The notes beneath the pieces are model-generated. The model saw only the letters and a program-made list of their open reading frames with translations, made no database searches and was not told the origin of the DNA. Position numbers and translations under genes: made by a program. A DNA stretch of 63,885 nt, the filler included, from Octopus bimaculoides (Eukaryota), in assembly GCF_001194135.2 (NCBI RefSeq). It is 6 parts of 6 records of this genome, joined end to end, with 100 filler letters (N's around TTAATTAATTAA, not from the genome) between each part and the next. Parts side by side here need not be neighbours in the genome. Positions count along the whole stretch, not along the records: positions 32,929 to 48,650 come from NC_068991.1; positions 48,751 to 60,378 come from NC_069001.1; positions 60,479 to 62,728 come from NW_026403212.1; 3 more parts are not named here. One strand, 5' to 3'. This document shows, piece after piece, positions 46,601-61,339 of this stretch; the first letter of the stretch is position 1, and every line of letters begins with the position of its first letter.

Positions 46601-48341
46601 GTTTCATTCTTCTTAGTTTATTATCTACTTCATCTATCCAATATGTCTTCCTCGTTGTGGGTATCTTTTATCTAAGTATCTATTGAAATTCTGCACCGTC
46701 ATAGTTGTTTGATTTGCTTTTAACTAATCTCGGAGTTTTATTTGTAGAAACTGGATGATGACCGACACAGGCCTGCCTCTGCATCCCCTGCTTAATAATC
46801 CCGACACCTTCAACTCTATAGCCTCTACTTCAAGTTTTGGGTTTATCTGTAATCTTATTAGTTGATATTCTGACTTGTGATGCGGCTAGAGTTTTGATAA
46901 GACATACCGCCAGGAATTTATATCGAGACGTCATCCCTACGAAGATTACCAGCCAAAACTAAAGAGGGGCTTCTTTGTCATATGATATACTTAACTCCAC
47001 CAGATGCCAACTCGGTACAATGTTGTCTCATGGAAAGTTAGAAACGTGTCACCACCAGCATTTTTATTGAGTGCCATGCTAACAGGGTCCTCCCCGCCCA
47101 TGTGAGAGGCCCAGTCCTGATAAGTGTTAACATTGTACTTTATGGTTTCGGGTTAATCATCATTATTATTTATAACCATCAGCCGAGAGAAAAGTTTTCT
47201 GTATTTCATTCTACTTGCGTTAGTAACAACAGGCAATTATCACATAGGTATTATTTGGATGGTTCTTGATTCTACTGAATTAATCAAGATTTCGACGGGT
47301 TTTGTTCTTTTTTCTCCTTACAGGGTGTTTAAGTAGAAGATGTACCATCATCACCGAACATGCTTGGTGGGGTTGCTAGTTTAGTCGCCACCCGCCCGCC
47401 TCTTTTCTGGATGATCTCCAAACAACTCTTAACGAAATATCGCGATGTCTCCCCTCTTTTCAGGGAATTTGATGATACCAGTGTCAAGTGTAATGATGGA
47501 GAAGGTAGGGGCTTGGATAGTATTGTCATGTTATTGTGATGGAGGAATACGTTGATAAGAGTGGTGGTACTTAGACGCGTTGTTCCTTCCATTATGTTTA
47601 AGCTTCCAGATGTATTCGGACAATGATGTTCATTATACTTCTGGATTTGAATGAAAGTACATATGCGCTATTGTGTACTGAAGTTGCTTTCTGTTAACGC
47701 CATAAATCTCATTTAAAACTCTTTAATATATTTACTGTTGTTCAATGTAGTACATTTCTCCATAAGTGTTGTGTCGCATTTCTGAAGTTTTTGTTATAGC
47801 GGAAGATTCGGAAATATAAATTTTCTAGATAACTGTAACTAGCTGATTTTTACGGTAACGCTGTTAAATAACATTGGAAACTTGATGGCTAACAGACGTT
47901 TATGCTTATTAAGAACAGAACGATCTTAGCTATATATTTATTTTACGCAGTATGAACGATTGCGCTGGATTGCTTTCCTATTGATAGGTTTACTGCATTT
48001 TTCTGAGTTCAATGTTTATAATATATTCGCTAAAGTCATTTCTTACTAATACCACATAATAACGAAGGCGGCTGTATCGAACTATTTCCTTGTTTAAAGA
48101 TGAGATTTTTACTCTGCTTATATTATCAACGAGATGTTTCAATATGGTGGGAGGATAGAGTTAATTTATGCATATCGCATTTTTTTACGTTTGATTTTCA
48201 GCAGCGGTTTTGGTATTGTAATTTTATGACCACTCCATTGTGAAGGTTGTTTACGAATTTTAGGTATTTTGGTAGCGTAATATCAATGTTGAAGATTTTG
48301 AAGAAGCTTTTGAACTTATCTATGGCGATACGTATTGCAAA

Positions 48342-48343
<2 letters not shown>

Positions 48344-48385
<42 letters not shown>

Positions 48386-48601
48386 GTGACAGAGAAACAG
48401 AGAAACAGAGAGACCAAGAGACAGAGACAGAGAGAGACAGACAGACGGACGGACAGAGAGACAGAGAGACAGAGAGACAGAGACAGAGAGAAAGACAGAA
48501 GAGACAGACTGACAAAGGCAGAGAGAAAAACTTAGAGAGAGCAAGAGAGAGAGAGAGAGAGTAAGAGAATGAGAGAGAGACAGATCGACAAAGAGAAAGA
48601 C

Positions 48602-48650
<49 letters not shown>
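48344..48650. repeat. (AG)n/(AGAC)n compound microsatellite ending at an assembly join
   Basis: Directly visible. Confidence 0.95.
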
Positions 48651-48750
48651 NNNNNNNNNNNNNNNNNNNNNNNNNNNNNNNNNNNNNNNNNNNNTTAATT
48701 AATTAANNNNNNNNNNNNNNNNNNNNNNNNNNNNNNNNNNNNNNNNNNNN
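48651..48750. other. Artificial assembly spacer N44-TTAATTAATTAA-N44
   Basis: Same pattern. Confidence 0.95.
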
Positions 48751-48940
48751 ATATATATATATATATATATATTTAAATATGTTTGCATATACATATAAAT
48801 TTATAAACAAGCACGCAGTTAACACACTTAAATACATTTATATATAAATGTACATGTATAATATAACATATATTATATATTATACATGTACAAGGATGTA
48901 TATGTAGAAATATGGGAAGATATGAACGCCCGTCCAAGCA

Positions 48941-48974
<34 letters not shown>

Positions 48975-49654
48975 CATACATAACCAAACACACACACATG
49001 TACATACGTAAGTACTTAGTAATATGCATTATTCATTTATTATCATTAAAATATAATTAATGACCAGGCGAAGCATTTTTGTTTATACGTACACACGTAC
49101 ACAAACATACGCACCTATATACGCTAATCTGGACATATATATATATACACACACATACCTAAAGCCACAAACACGCACACATTATATATACATACACATA
49201 TATAATAAAAAAACACTCACTGAGGTACACACCTTGTATAGAAAAAATATAAATACATACAAACATATGTATGTATTTATGTGTGTATATATTACTTTCA
49301 AATTTTATCACAACGCCTGTTTGTACGCATATATATATATGTGTGTATGTGTGTGTGTATATATGTATGTATATCCTATAGGTATATATGTAGATATTTA
49401 TGCATCTATGTACGTGTGTATGCACACAAATACACACGCACACACTTTATGTATACTCATATATAAACCTCTACATAACTGTGTATCTCTACCCATTTTT
49501 ACACAAATGTACATGTATGTGCATTGCCACATCAATTTGATTTTATACTTTCTAAAATGGAGATACATTTCCTCTTTATATTTTATATACATACATGCAG
49601 TAATTACATTCATGTAGACACATATGTACATGTACACGTCTCTCCGTCACTCGT

Positions 49655-49736
<82 letters not shown>

Positions 49737-50239
49737 CACATATATAAACGTGTGTGTATACGTGTATATACACACATATTCACACGAACAAACGCGCATG
49801 ATTTTTTGTAGTTTTTGTTGTTTGTATTACATTTATTTGCTCAAAGTTTGGCTTCAAGTTTTTGTGGCATATTCTTTTAATGGAGTGAAAATTATTTCCT
49901 TTGTTTATTACATATGTCTTCTCGAATTGAATTTAAAAAATGCTTTTTTAAAAAAAGGAGAGAGCACTCGATAAATAATCTATGAAAACCCTCTTAAAGC
50001 TCCCTGAATGAAGTTCTTTTTATTTCTTTTACATTGATAATTATTGCATGAATTTATACAGCTTTTATTTATGTTTGCTGATAGCTATCGTCTGTAAGCT
50101 ATTCATTTCCTCCCATAAAAAGGTTTTATCGTCTGTCATCATTTGTCTTGTCGTATTACTTTAGAATTTCCACTGCCTTGTATTGCATGTGTTATCGTGT
50201 GTATACGATTATTACATATAAAGCATGTTTATTATAATC

Positions 50240-50276
<37 letters not shown>

Positions 50277-50796
50277 CATAAGCGTGTGTTTTGTGTTGTG
50301 AGCCTAATGTCGGAGGTCTCCATGTGTGTGTGTGTGATGTAATGTTTTACAAAGCTTTGTACAGAGAATTATGTTATTATGTTGTTATTGTTTGTTGTGG
50401 TTTAAGCTGAAGCCTAATTCTCATTAATGAACCTATAAAATGCTGTTCCAGCGATGACAACCCCGTCATAGAGTAGTGTATGTGGAATAAATTTATACTT
50501 TGCCATCCTCCATTTGCATTCTTTTACGATGGGAGTGTAGAATTTTAGGGAGATTCGGCAGCTAGAAAACAAAGAATTGAAAAGAATTGCATAACTACAT
50601 ATATACATACTTATATACATACATGTATGCATAAACGCATGCATATATATATGTAAGTATATATATATACATATACACACACACACACATATATACTCAC
50701 TCACATAGTATATATATGTAGATGTGTAACTATGTGCAATAATATGAACATATACATATACACACACACATATACATACATACATATATATATATA

Positions 50797-51140
50797 GGCG
50801 CAGGAGTGGCTGCGTGGTAAATAGCTTGCGTACCAACTACATGGTTCCGGGTTCAGTTCCGCTGCGTGGCACCTTGGGCAAGGGTCTTCTACTATTATAG
50901 CCTAGGGCTGACCAAAGCCTTGCGAGTGGATCTGGATGTGTGTGTGTGTTTGGGAGTCTGTTTGACGACCGATACTGGTATGATTACATCCCCGTAACTT
51001 AGCGGTTTGGCAAAAGGGAGAGATATAATAAGTACTAGGCTTACAAAGAATAAGTTCCTGGGACCTATTTGTTCTACAAAAGGCGGTGGTCCAGCATGGC
51101 CGCAGTCAAATGACAAATAAAAGTGAAGAATAAAAGAATA
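50797..51140 (+). mobile_element. Family B SINE
   Basis: ggcgcaggagtggctgcgtggtaa...ccagcatggccgcagtcaaatgac. Confidence 0.8.
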
Positions 51141-51217
51141 TGCATACACACACATTGATATATATGTGTGTAAATGTATACATACATACATAATACATAC
51201 ATACACACACACACACA

Positions 51218-51253
<36 letters not shown>

Positions 51254-51266
51254 CATATATATATAC

Positions 51267-51323
<57 letters not shown>

Positions 51324-52084
51324 NNNNNNNNNNNNNNNNNNNNNNNNNNNNNNNNNNNNNNNNNNNNNNNNNNNNNNNNNNNNNNNNNNNNNNNNNNNNN
51401 NNNNNNNNNNNNNNNNNNNNNNNNNNNNNNNNNNNNNNNNNNNNNNNNNNNNNNNNNNNNNNNNNNNNNNNNNNNNNNNNNNNNNNNNNNNNNNNNNNNN
51501 NNNNNNNNNNNNNNNNNNNNNNNNNNNNNNNNNNNNNNNNNNNNNNNNNNNNNNNNNNNNNNNNNNNNNNNNNNNNNNNNNNNNNNNNNNNNNNNNNNNN
51601 NNNNNNNNNNNNNNNNNNNNNNNNNNNNNNNNNNNNNNNNNNNNNNNNNNNNNNNNNNNNNNNNNNNNNNNNNNNNNNNNNNNNNNNNNNNNNNNNNNNN
51701 NNNNNNNNNNNNNNNNNNNNNNNNNNNNNNNNNNNNNNNNNNNNNNNNNNNNNNNNNNNNNNNNNNNNNNNNNNNNNNNNNNNNNNNNNNNNNNNNNNNN
51801 NNNNNNNNNNNNNNNNNNNNNNNNNNNNNNNNNNNNNNNNNNNNNNNNNNNNNNNNNNNNNNNNNNNNNNNNNNNNNNNNNNNNNNNNNNNNNNNNNNNN
51901 NNNNNNNNNNNNNNNNNNNNNNNNNNNNNNNNNNNNNNNNNNNNNNNNNNNNNNNNNNNNNNNNNNNNNNNNNNNNNNNNNNNNNNNNNNNNNNNNNNNN
52001 NNNNNNNNNNNNNNNNNNNNNNNNNNNNNNNNNNNNNNNNNNNNNNNNNNNNNNNNNNNNNNNNNNNNNNNNNNNNNNNNNNNN

Positions 52085-52138
<54 letters not shown>

Positions 52139-52659
52139 CATGTACATACATATACATATAGATATACATATACATAGATATGCATATATATATAAATATA
52201 TATAAATATATAAATATATTTATATGTTTATATATATATATATATATAGACACATACATGTATACATATATCATTAATTGTATGTACACACACACATACA
52301 CATACACGCTTATACTTCCTTCTAACTGTATCCTTCTGTAAATGCATTACATAGATGCATATATATATATACATACATACGAACATACGTGCATATATAT
52401 ATATATAAATATATATATACATATACATACAAACGTACATACCATATATATATACATACATATATATCTATGTATATGTATATATCTATGTATATGTATA
52501 TATCTCTGTATATGTGTATATATATGTGTATGCCATTACATATGTATGTATGAATACATATATATATTCTTTGTTGTACGCATAGATTCATGTGTTCTTA
52601 TGCATTTATATACAGAGCCATATATATTAATGTATATGTATACATGTATATAATTATCC

Positions 52660-52702
<43 letters not shown>

Positions 52703-52722
52703 TCCATGTGTATATATATATG

Positions 52723-52796
<74 letters not shown>

Positions 52797-52951
52797 CACA
52801 TGCATATATACATACACGCACACACACACAAACACACAGAGAAAGACACACACATATAAATAGATAGACAGACAGACAGACCAATAGTTAGTTAGATAAG
52901 CATATAATTGTACACACACACATATATAAATGCATGCATGTATGCGTGTGT

Positions 52952-53025
<74 letters not shown>

Positions 53026-53177
53026 GCAAATTATTATTGGCATTATTTTTCATATAATTTTGTTTAGAGTAATCGAATATTTAATAACCAGAACTCCGTT
53101 CATTGGAACAGGCGAATAATCTCGAATATCAATGTACACTCACACCCCACACGCACACGTGTGAATGTGTATGTGCG

Positions 53178-53236
<59 letters not shown>

Positions 53237-53260
53237 GTTCAAATGTGAATGTATGCATGT
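51140..53260. repeat. Long (TA)n/(TACA)n/(CA)n low-complexity region with an N gap
   Basis: Directly visible. Confidence 0.95.
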
Positions 53261-53818
53261 ATACAGAGATTTTGCATGTATAAAGTAATACATATATTTT
53301 GTGAACATAGTGCAAATCACATTTTGTTTATTCCCTGAAATTTTCCTACTTGTTTAAACTCAGTGCATTAAGGAGGCACTTAATTATACGTGTATATAGC
53401 CATTCAAACTCATGTATATATATATATGTGGCTCGTGTGTTCTCGTCTACGTTTGTTTGCAATGTCCTGTACCCAGATATGCACCTATACATACAGGTGG
53501 AAGTCGGTATGCACATACCTGTACGTATATATGCATATACTCATTTACTTTTGTTTATATATNNNNNNNNNNNNNNNNNNNNNNNNNNNNNNNNNNNNNN
53601 NNNNNNNNNNNNNNNNNNNNNNNNNNNNNNNNNNNNNNNNNNNNNNNNNNNNNNNNNNNNNNNNNNNNNNNNNNNNNNNNNNNNNNNNNNNNNNNNNNNN
53701 NNNNNNNNNNNNNNNNNNNNNNNNNNNNNNNNNNNNNNNNNNNNNNNNNNNNNNNNNNNNNNNNNNNNNNNNNNNNNNNNNNNNNNNNNNNNNNNNNNNN
53801 NNNNNNNNNNNNNNNNNN

Positions 53819-53876
<58 letters not shown>

Positions 53877-54546
53877 CATACAAACTCACATATATATGTG
53901 TATATATATATATACATATTTATCATATTTATATACATATATATATATATTACATATCTATGCCGGTTGTATATATGTGTATATAAGTGTGTATGAGAGT
54001 AATTCATCAATTTATTTAATATTGTTTTGCGCCTATGTCGCTTCATAATATGGTGCTTCAATATCAAAAGTGAATATTATAAAACTTATTTAATATATTT
54101 GCTGAGTTGCACTTCCCTTGCTATATACAGCCTAAAAATGATTAATAAGTGAATATGGTTAATGACTAAATGCTGATGAAGAACTATATAACAATTATTA
54201 ATTAGAGAATGTAGGGTGGGACTCTTTATCAGTCTGTATATTTTGATAGTAATAGAAAAATATTATTTGAAATGAATCACAAAGTCCTTAAAACGATATA
54301 CGCTTGTCTGCTGCAGTTTAATTACACACACGCATTCATGTTGAGGGGAACAAAACTACACAAACACATATTCGTCCACATACATGTATATGTATTTATA
54401 TATATAATTACATACACTATAATTACACATATATATATACAAACGCACACGCGACTACACACACCCGCAAACACATATAGAAGTTGATATACATTTATGC
54501 ATTAATACCCACAGATTCAGAGATGCACAAATAGATAGATAAACGA

Positions 54547-54608
<62 letters not shown>

Positions 54609-54853
54609 TAACCTACACATAAATGTGTGTATGTGTTTTGTGTGCTGTGTGTGTGTATAAATACAGTGGATATAATCCCTACTATTTTATTTATAAATCT
54701 ATACATGTATCTACTTAGTTGTATGTGTGTGGGCATACATATATGTACATATGTATATATACATGTATGTATAAATGTATATAAATGTATATATATGTAT
54801 ATATACATGTATGTATATATGTATATATATATATGTACATATCTGTATATAAT

Positions 54854-54885
<32 letters not shown>

Positions 54886-55019
54886 NNNNNNNNNNNNNNN
54901 NNNNNNNNNNNNNNNNNNNNNNNNNNNNNNNNNNNNNNNNNNNNNNNNNNNNNNNNNNNNNNNNNNNNNNNNNNNNNNNNNNNNNAGATAGATAGACAGA
55001 TAGATATATATATACTGTA

Positions 55020-55068
55020 TAGAATCAAAATAAGCAACAGGATATCCTTGTTGCTTATTTTGATTCTA
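55020..55068. repeat. 49-nt near-perfect palindrome centred on GGATATCC
   Basis: tagaatcaaaataagcaaca-ggatatcc-ttgttgcttattttgattcta; its right half recurs exactly at 61559-61584. Confidence 0.85.
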
Positions 55069-55146
55069 ATCACCTTATTTTGAAATTGTATGGATAATAC
55101 CGTACTAAATTCTGGTGCCTCAATTTAAGTACCATATTCACCTGTC

Positions 55147-55580
55147 TAAAACCCATCTCAACCTTTTTAGAGTATATTCTGTTAAAATCCATCAACGTAG
55201 AGCACATTTTCTGAAAAAAATAATGACTAAAAAACAAATTTCGTTAAAATCAACAGCTATAGAATATTTTCTGGTAAAATCTACTACTATAGACTATACT
55301 GTATTAAAATACACCTATTTAGAGTATATTCAGTTAAAATTAACCACTGAAGAGTATACACACCACTATAAAGTATGCCTTATTAAAATACACCTTTATA
55401 GAGAACAGAGGATATTTATGTTAAAATCTACTTCTATAGAGAACATTTTATAAAAACCCATGTATATTGAATGCAGTCCATTGAAACCAAACATTATTGA
55501 GTATATTACATTGAAATTCACCTCTATACAGTATATTCTGTTAAAATCTACCACTACAGAGAATATTCTATTAAAATCCA
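55147..55580. repeat. Degenerate ~30-nt tandem array, about 14 units
   Basis: Consensus approximately TTAAAATCYACCWCTATAGAGTATATTCTG. Confidence 0.8.
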
Positions 55581-56601
55581 ATATTTTATTAACGTCTAGC
55601 CAAGCGTTATTTAAAAGCACAGCTTGACAATGGTGTTGATAAATAGAGTGGGTTTGACAATAATAATTGTGATGTCTATTTGGGGGCGTCATATTTGATG
55701 TCACGGTTTGACAGTTATGTAATATACGTATTTACAATTGTGCTTATAGATACATACAGAGAGATATGCATCATATATATTCATTCGTAAATAGCTTTAT
55801 ACATACGTATATTTGTATCTATTTATGCATATGTAAAGTGTTTTAAATGTACGCAAATGCTTGAATTGTAAACGTATATTCATGTTAATTAGTTTGTAGT
55901 AATTTATGCATGTCATTAGGTAAGTATACTTAATTAGACATCGTATATATGTGTGAGTGTGTGTGTTTATGTACACTCGTATCATTTTTAACAGTGTAAA
56001 GATACGGAATTAAGAAGTGTAGAGTTATTTTAACCTAAGAAGGAAGTCAGACATTTTTGAAAAAGCCTTTTCTTGTTGCTGTTCTGGTAGTGGCGGCGGT
56101 AGTGGGAATATGAGGGCATCTTTGAGGATGTATAACTTAACGTAGATGCAGCAATCGAAACCACAGCATTATTTAAGCTAGTGTTGACATGTTTAACACT
56201 GTAACATTAAGCATGGGAGACAACTCTGGACATGCTTCTGTCTTACTGTGACCTCACCAGTTCAATATAAATTTCAACGAAGCTGGCAACGAAGAATCAT
56301 TCAGGACTTGTACAAGAATGTAAAATTGGTTGACAGAAGAACCCGTAATTCTTTCTTACCTCAGATCTTCATTGTTTTTTTGTTTTGTTTTTTTGGAAAT
56401 GTATTTTATTTCCATTAACGTATCGTGAACTGAAGCTTTAGACAGTTTTTTTTTTCAACACAATGTGATCACGGTTTTAGTAGATACACGAATGCACCGG
56501 TAGGTGTCAGGTCTCTTGTTTACGAAGTCATCATTTACCATCTCTTCTAACATTACAACAACAACAGCTACTACTTCTACTACTACTACTACTACTACTA
56601 T

Positions 56602-56658
<57 letters not shown>

Positions 56659-56847
56659 CACTACTACTGATAATGCCTTCACCGCCGCCATTACTAACAT
56701 AAGGAGATAGGGGAGGAGTAGAAAGAGCGGTAATAAGTGAGAAGGAGAGAAAATAAGAAGGGGAAAAATAAAAAGAAAAAAAATGCAGCAGAAAGAAAAT
56801 TAGTTTTTAAGTTGTTTTTCATGTGTGACATCTTCGAAAGAAGCTCG

Positions 56848-57045
56848 ATATCACATATTTGTGCTATAATAGCTCCACCTCGTAATATCCTATTTATCCT
56901 ATGTATATGTTATAATAGCTTCACCTTTTAATATCACATTTATCACGCACGTATATGCCCTAACGGTTTCACCTTACAATAATACCACGTTTATCACACA
57001 ATAAATAGTTTCACCTTATTGTACCAAATTTATCGCACGTATATA
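56848..57045. repeat. Degenerate 40-50-nt tandem array, about 4 units
   Basis: Recurring tataatagcttcacct...atatcacatttatc. Confidence 0.65.
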
Positions 57046-58128
57046 ATATTTTTTTATCTTAAAACCTCCCACATTTTGCTTCATGTACGTGCAATAATCA
57101 TATAGTTATATGATTCTACGTTTATTATATTTGTATGTCATAATGGTGGACTCGCCTCTCGCAGACGACAAATGAGAGTTCCGCAGTTTCTTGCTGAGCA
57201 ACCTTCGTAAATGATTTATTTATAATGATCAACTATCTGTGTTGCATATTAGCTCACTTCCTCCATCAAATCGACATTGCTTCTACAGGTATATGGTGTG
57301 TGTCACCCGTCAAATGTCAGAGTGATCGCAGAGCAACGTAGAATGATGTGTTTTGATCAAGAGCAAAACCCAGCAACCGTTCCGGGAACCGAAATGGCGA
57401 TCTTACGATCGTGGGTGCAACGCTCTAAAAAGAACAAAAAAACAAAGCCAGAAAAACAAAAATGGCACTTTGTCGGTTACGACGCCGAGAGTTCCAGTTG
57501 ATCCGCTCAACGGAACATCCTACTCGTGAAATTAACGTGTAAGTGGCTGAGTACTCCACAGATACGCGTATCCTTAAAGTAGCTCTTAAAGAGTTTTAGT
57601 GTGACACAGAATGTGACAAGGCCGAACTGTAGCAATGAGAAACAAAATGTCTTGCTCAAGAACACAAGCGTATGGAAACCTGTATAAATTCTGAGTTCCA
57701 CGGCTGGAATTTCAGTATTCCGGGTTCGATACGCCAAGTCGAAGGTTCGATATGAGTCTGCGAATTTCGTTTTACAAAAGTCAGAACTTTTCAGATACTT
57801 TTCTCTGTAAATATGATCCCGTTTGACCATCCCAGAGATTAGCTACAATATCTTTTGATACTCTCCCAGTTAGCTACCCTTACTGTCATTTGATCTTGGG
57901 AATACCGGGCACAGAACGCAATTCCGTCTGTACGTTTCCATTACTGCAACACGCTGCCCTCTTTGCCGTATTCTTCGCTTTGAAATAAGCCATTCTAGAC
58001 GTATAAAATTTCAGAAGTACATAACTTCAACCCTTTCATACCTGTTAATTAATCTAGCAGTAAGCAATAAAATTTCTGTTTCAATTAACAGCTGGTGAAA
58101 TCATTCAACTACTACAACATACTAATAC

Positions 58129-58169
<41 letters not shown>

Positions 58170-58170
<1 letters not shown>

Positions 58171-58845
58171 AGGCGGCGCGCTGGTAGAATCGTTAGGACG
58201 CCGAGCAAAATGCTTAACAGCATTTCATCTGTCTTTATGTTTTGAGTTCAAATTCTACCGAGGTCGACTTCACCTTTCATATTTCAACTTAAGCCTGTCC
58301 CCCAAAATTGCTGGCCCTGTGCCAAATTTGAAACTATTATTATTATTATTATTATTATTATTGTTGTTGTTGTTGTTAGTATTAATATTAATATTATTAC
58401 TATTGGCTAATGCGGCGAGCTGGCGAAATGCTTAGCGGTATTTCGTCTGCCGTTAGATTTTGAGTTCGAATTCCGCCGAGGTCGGCTTTACATTTCATCC
58501 TTTCGGGGTCGATAAAATTAGTACCAGTGGAGTACTGGGGTCGATGTAATTGACTTAATCCCTTCCCACAAAATTTGAGGCCTTGTGCTTCCAGTAGAAA
58601 GGATTATTATTATTAGTATTTGGCTAAGGTGGCGAGCTGGCAGAAATGGAGAAAATGCTTAGCGGTATTTCCCATGTCTTTACGTTCTGAGTTCAAATTC
58701 CACCGAGGTCGACTTTGCCTTTCATCCTTTCGGAGGTCGATAAATTAAGTACCAGTTGCGTACTGGGGTCGATCTAATCGACTGCCCCCACTCCCCCAAA
58801 ATTTCGAGCCTTGTGCCTAGTGTAGAAAAGAATATTATTACTATT
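58170..58845 (+). mobile_element. Three head-to-tail copies of family C SINE
   Basis: Units start at about 58170, 58405 and 58622 (gcggcgagctggc...aaatgcttagcggtatttc...gaggtcgactttgcctttcatcc), each ending in (ATT)n; related copies at about 33110-33310 and 61030-61100. Confidence 0.85.
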
Positions 58846-59968
58846 TGGTGATGCCATTTAGTCTAAGATGGTAAGTGTTGTATTAATGAAGTGTAAGTAT
58901 CACCAGTTCCTACAAAATATTTGCTGATAACCAACTATTTTCAGTAAGTGCTTGGATTAACTAATAAATCCAAATCCGNNNNNNNNNNNNNNNNNNNNNN
59001 NNNNNNNNNNNNNNNNNNNNNNNNNNNNNNNNNNNNNNNNNNNNNNNNNNNNNNNNNNNNNNNNNNNNNNNNNNNNNNNNNNNNNNNNNNNNNNNNNNNN
59101 NNNNNNNNNNNNNNNNNNNNNNNNNNNNNNNNNNNNNNNNNNNNNNNNNNNNNNNNNNNNNNNNNNNNNNNNNNNNNNNNNNNNNNNNNNNNNNNNNNNN
59201 NNNNNNNNNNNNNNNNNNNNNNNNNNNNNNATAAAATAAATTAAATTAATTTCATTTAATTTCAGTAATAATATGTGTTGTTGTTGATGTTGTTGTTGTT
59301 TGATTTCCATGGCTGAAAATTAAGCATTTTTAAACTCTAAGATTATTTTTCATTCTCCTGTAACATGTTGCTAAGTTTATCTCTCTCCCTCCTCTCGACC
59401 CCAGGACTTATTCTTTGGAAGCCTAGTACTTATTCTATCGGTCTCTTTTGCCGAACCGCTAGGTTACGGGGACGTAAACACACCAGCATCGATTGTCAAG
59501 CGATGCTAGGGGGGACAAACACAGACACACAAACATAGTTTGTACCGCCTTACGTCGAACAAATCGACCCCAGAGCTTATTCTTTGTAAGCCAAGTATTA
59601 ATTCTATCGGGCCACCTTTTGCCAATTCGTTAAGTTACGGGGAGGCAGATACGAGACACCAATATCTAAGCATTGTCCAAGCGTAATCAGGTTACCGTTG
59701 AAGAAAACTAAACAATGCCAAAGGAAGCGATCTCCCACAAACTATGAATCCAGAAACACTTTCCACTTTACAAAAACGAAGGACAACCTCGAATAACGCG
59801 ACTAAGATAATTTATGGCTACAGAACAGTATTTATAGCAAAGAATTCCAGTAAGGTGATGCATAGAAGCACTCAACTCTGAGTTGCGCTTCTTCTCATAG
59901 CAGAAACAGCTGTAAGCCAATGATTGCATAATTCCTGTTCCCTCGATATTTCCTCAACTCATATACGT

Positions 59969-60005
<37 letters not shown>

Positions 60006-60378
60006 ATAGACACACACATTCGCACGCATATTTATATATGTGTGTGTGAGTGTGTGTGAGTATGCAGGAACGAATATTTGTACACACGCATAAATTCTGC
60101 GAATGTTCTTTAAGTTGTGACATTAATACAAGATAAGGTTCCTTTGACATTACCTACGGGTCAAACATTTAAACATTTACCAATTCCATATATTGCGCTT
60201 GCTGTTGTTGTTGTTGTTGTTGCCATTGTTTTTGATGTCAATGGCAACCGTGGTGAGATGGTGTTGATGGTGGTGGGACTCAGTGATGGTGGTGGTGGTG
60301 GTGGTGTTGGTGCGGTGCCAATGGTGATAATGGTGATGGATGGTGGTAATATTAATGTTGGTGGTGGTAGTGGCTGTG

Positions 60379-60478
60379 NNNNNNNNNNNNNNNNNNNNNN
60401 NNNNNNNNNNNNNNNNNNNNNNTTAATTAATTAANNNNNNNNNNNNNNNNNNNNNNNNNNNNNNNNNNNNNNNNNNNN
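60379..60478. other. Artificial assembly spacer N44-TTAATTAATTAA-N44
   Basis: Same pattern. Confidence 0.95.
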
Positions 60479-61298
60479 AAACAGGACACAGTCGTGTGTC
60501 GATAAGCCAGCTGGAGGAGATGTCCTCCTGGGGCTAAAAGCAACAGTAACATCCACCCCTAGGGGTCAGCCACACTTAAGTGGCAATATACTACACTTTA
60601 TCGTGCAGTTACTGTTAATACTTCATTTAGAGAATTAACATTGCTTATATATATATATATATATATATATACGTACATATATATATATACATACATACAC
60701 ATGCATATACGTATGTATATATATCAATGCATGTGAGTGTGTGTGTAGGAGCCTTTGTGTCTCTGTTTGTCCTCCACTGACAGCTAGTGTTTGTGTGTTT
60801 ACGTAACCTTGACGAAGCGGTTCGGTAAATAGAGACCGATAGAATAAGTACCATGCTTAAAAAATTAAGTACTGGGGTCGATTCGTTCGACTAAAATTCT
60901 TCAAGCCGTTGCTCCAGAATGGCCGCACACGCACATGATCACACAAACATATATATACCAATGTATGTATAATATAACCGGTCTTTACGTCACTTGCTTT
61001 CACCTGTTTTTACATTAATATATACACTCCGTTAAGGTCGACTTTGCCTCCCATCCTTTCGGGGTCGATAAAATAAGTAGCAGTTGCGTACTGGGGTCGA
61101 TGAATATTTCCTCTATGAGTGCTCTGTTCTAAGTTCCTGCACTAAGAATGGATTGTCATTGCAACTAGAAAATATCTACTTTCACACTCACTTCCCCCCC
61201 CTCTCTCTCTCCTTATCAGTCAGTCTGTCTGTCTATTTATCTATCTACCTATCTATCGCTCGCTCGATCGATCTAAGAACGTATGTACGTACACACGT

Positions 61299-61339
<41 letters not shown>

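Noticed and set aside
56340-56450. Strong minus-strand donor GAG|gtaaga at 56359 as a gene exon end
   Set aside because: No acceptor or recognisable reading frame upstream; it could be a UTR exon but there is no supporting evidence.
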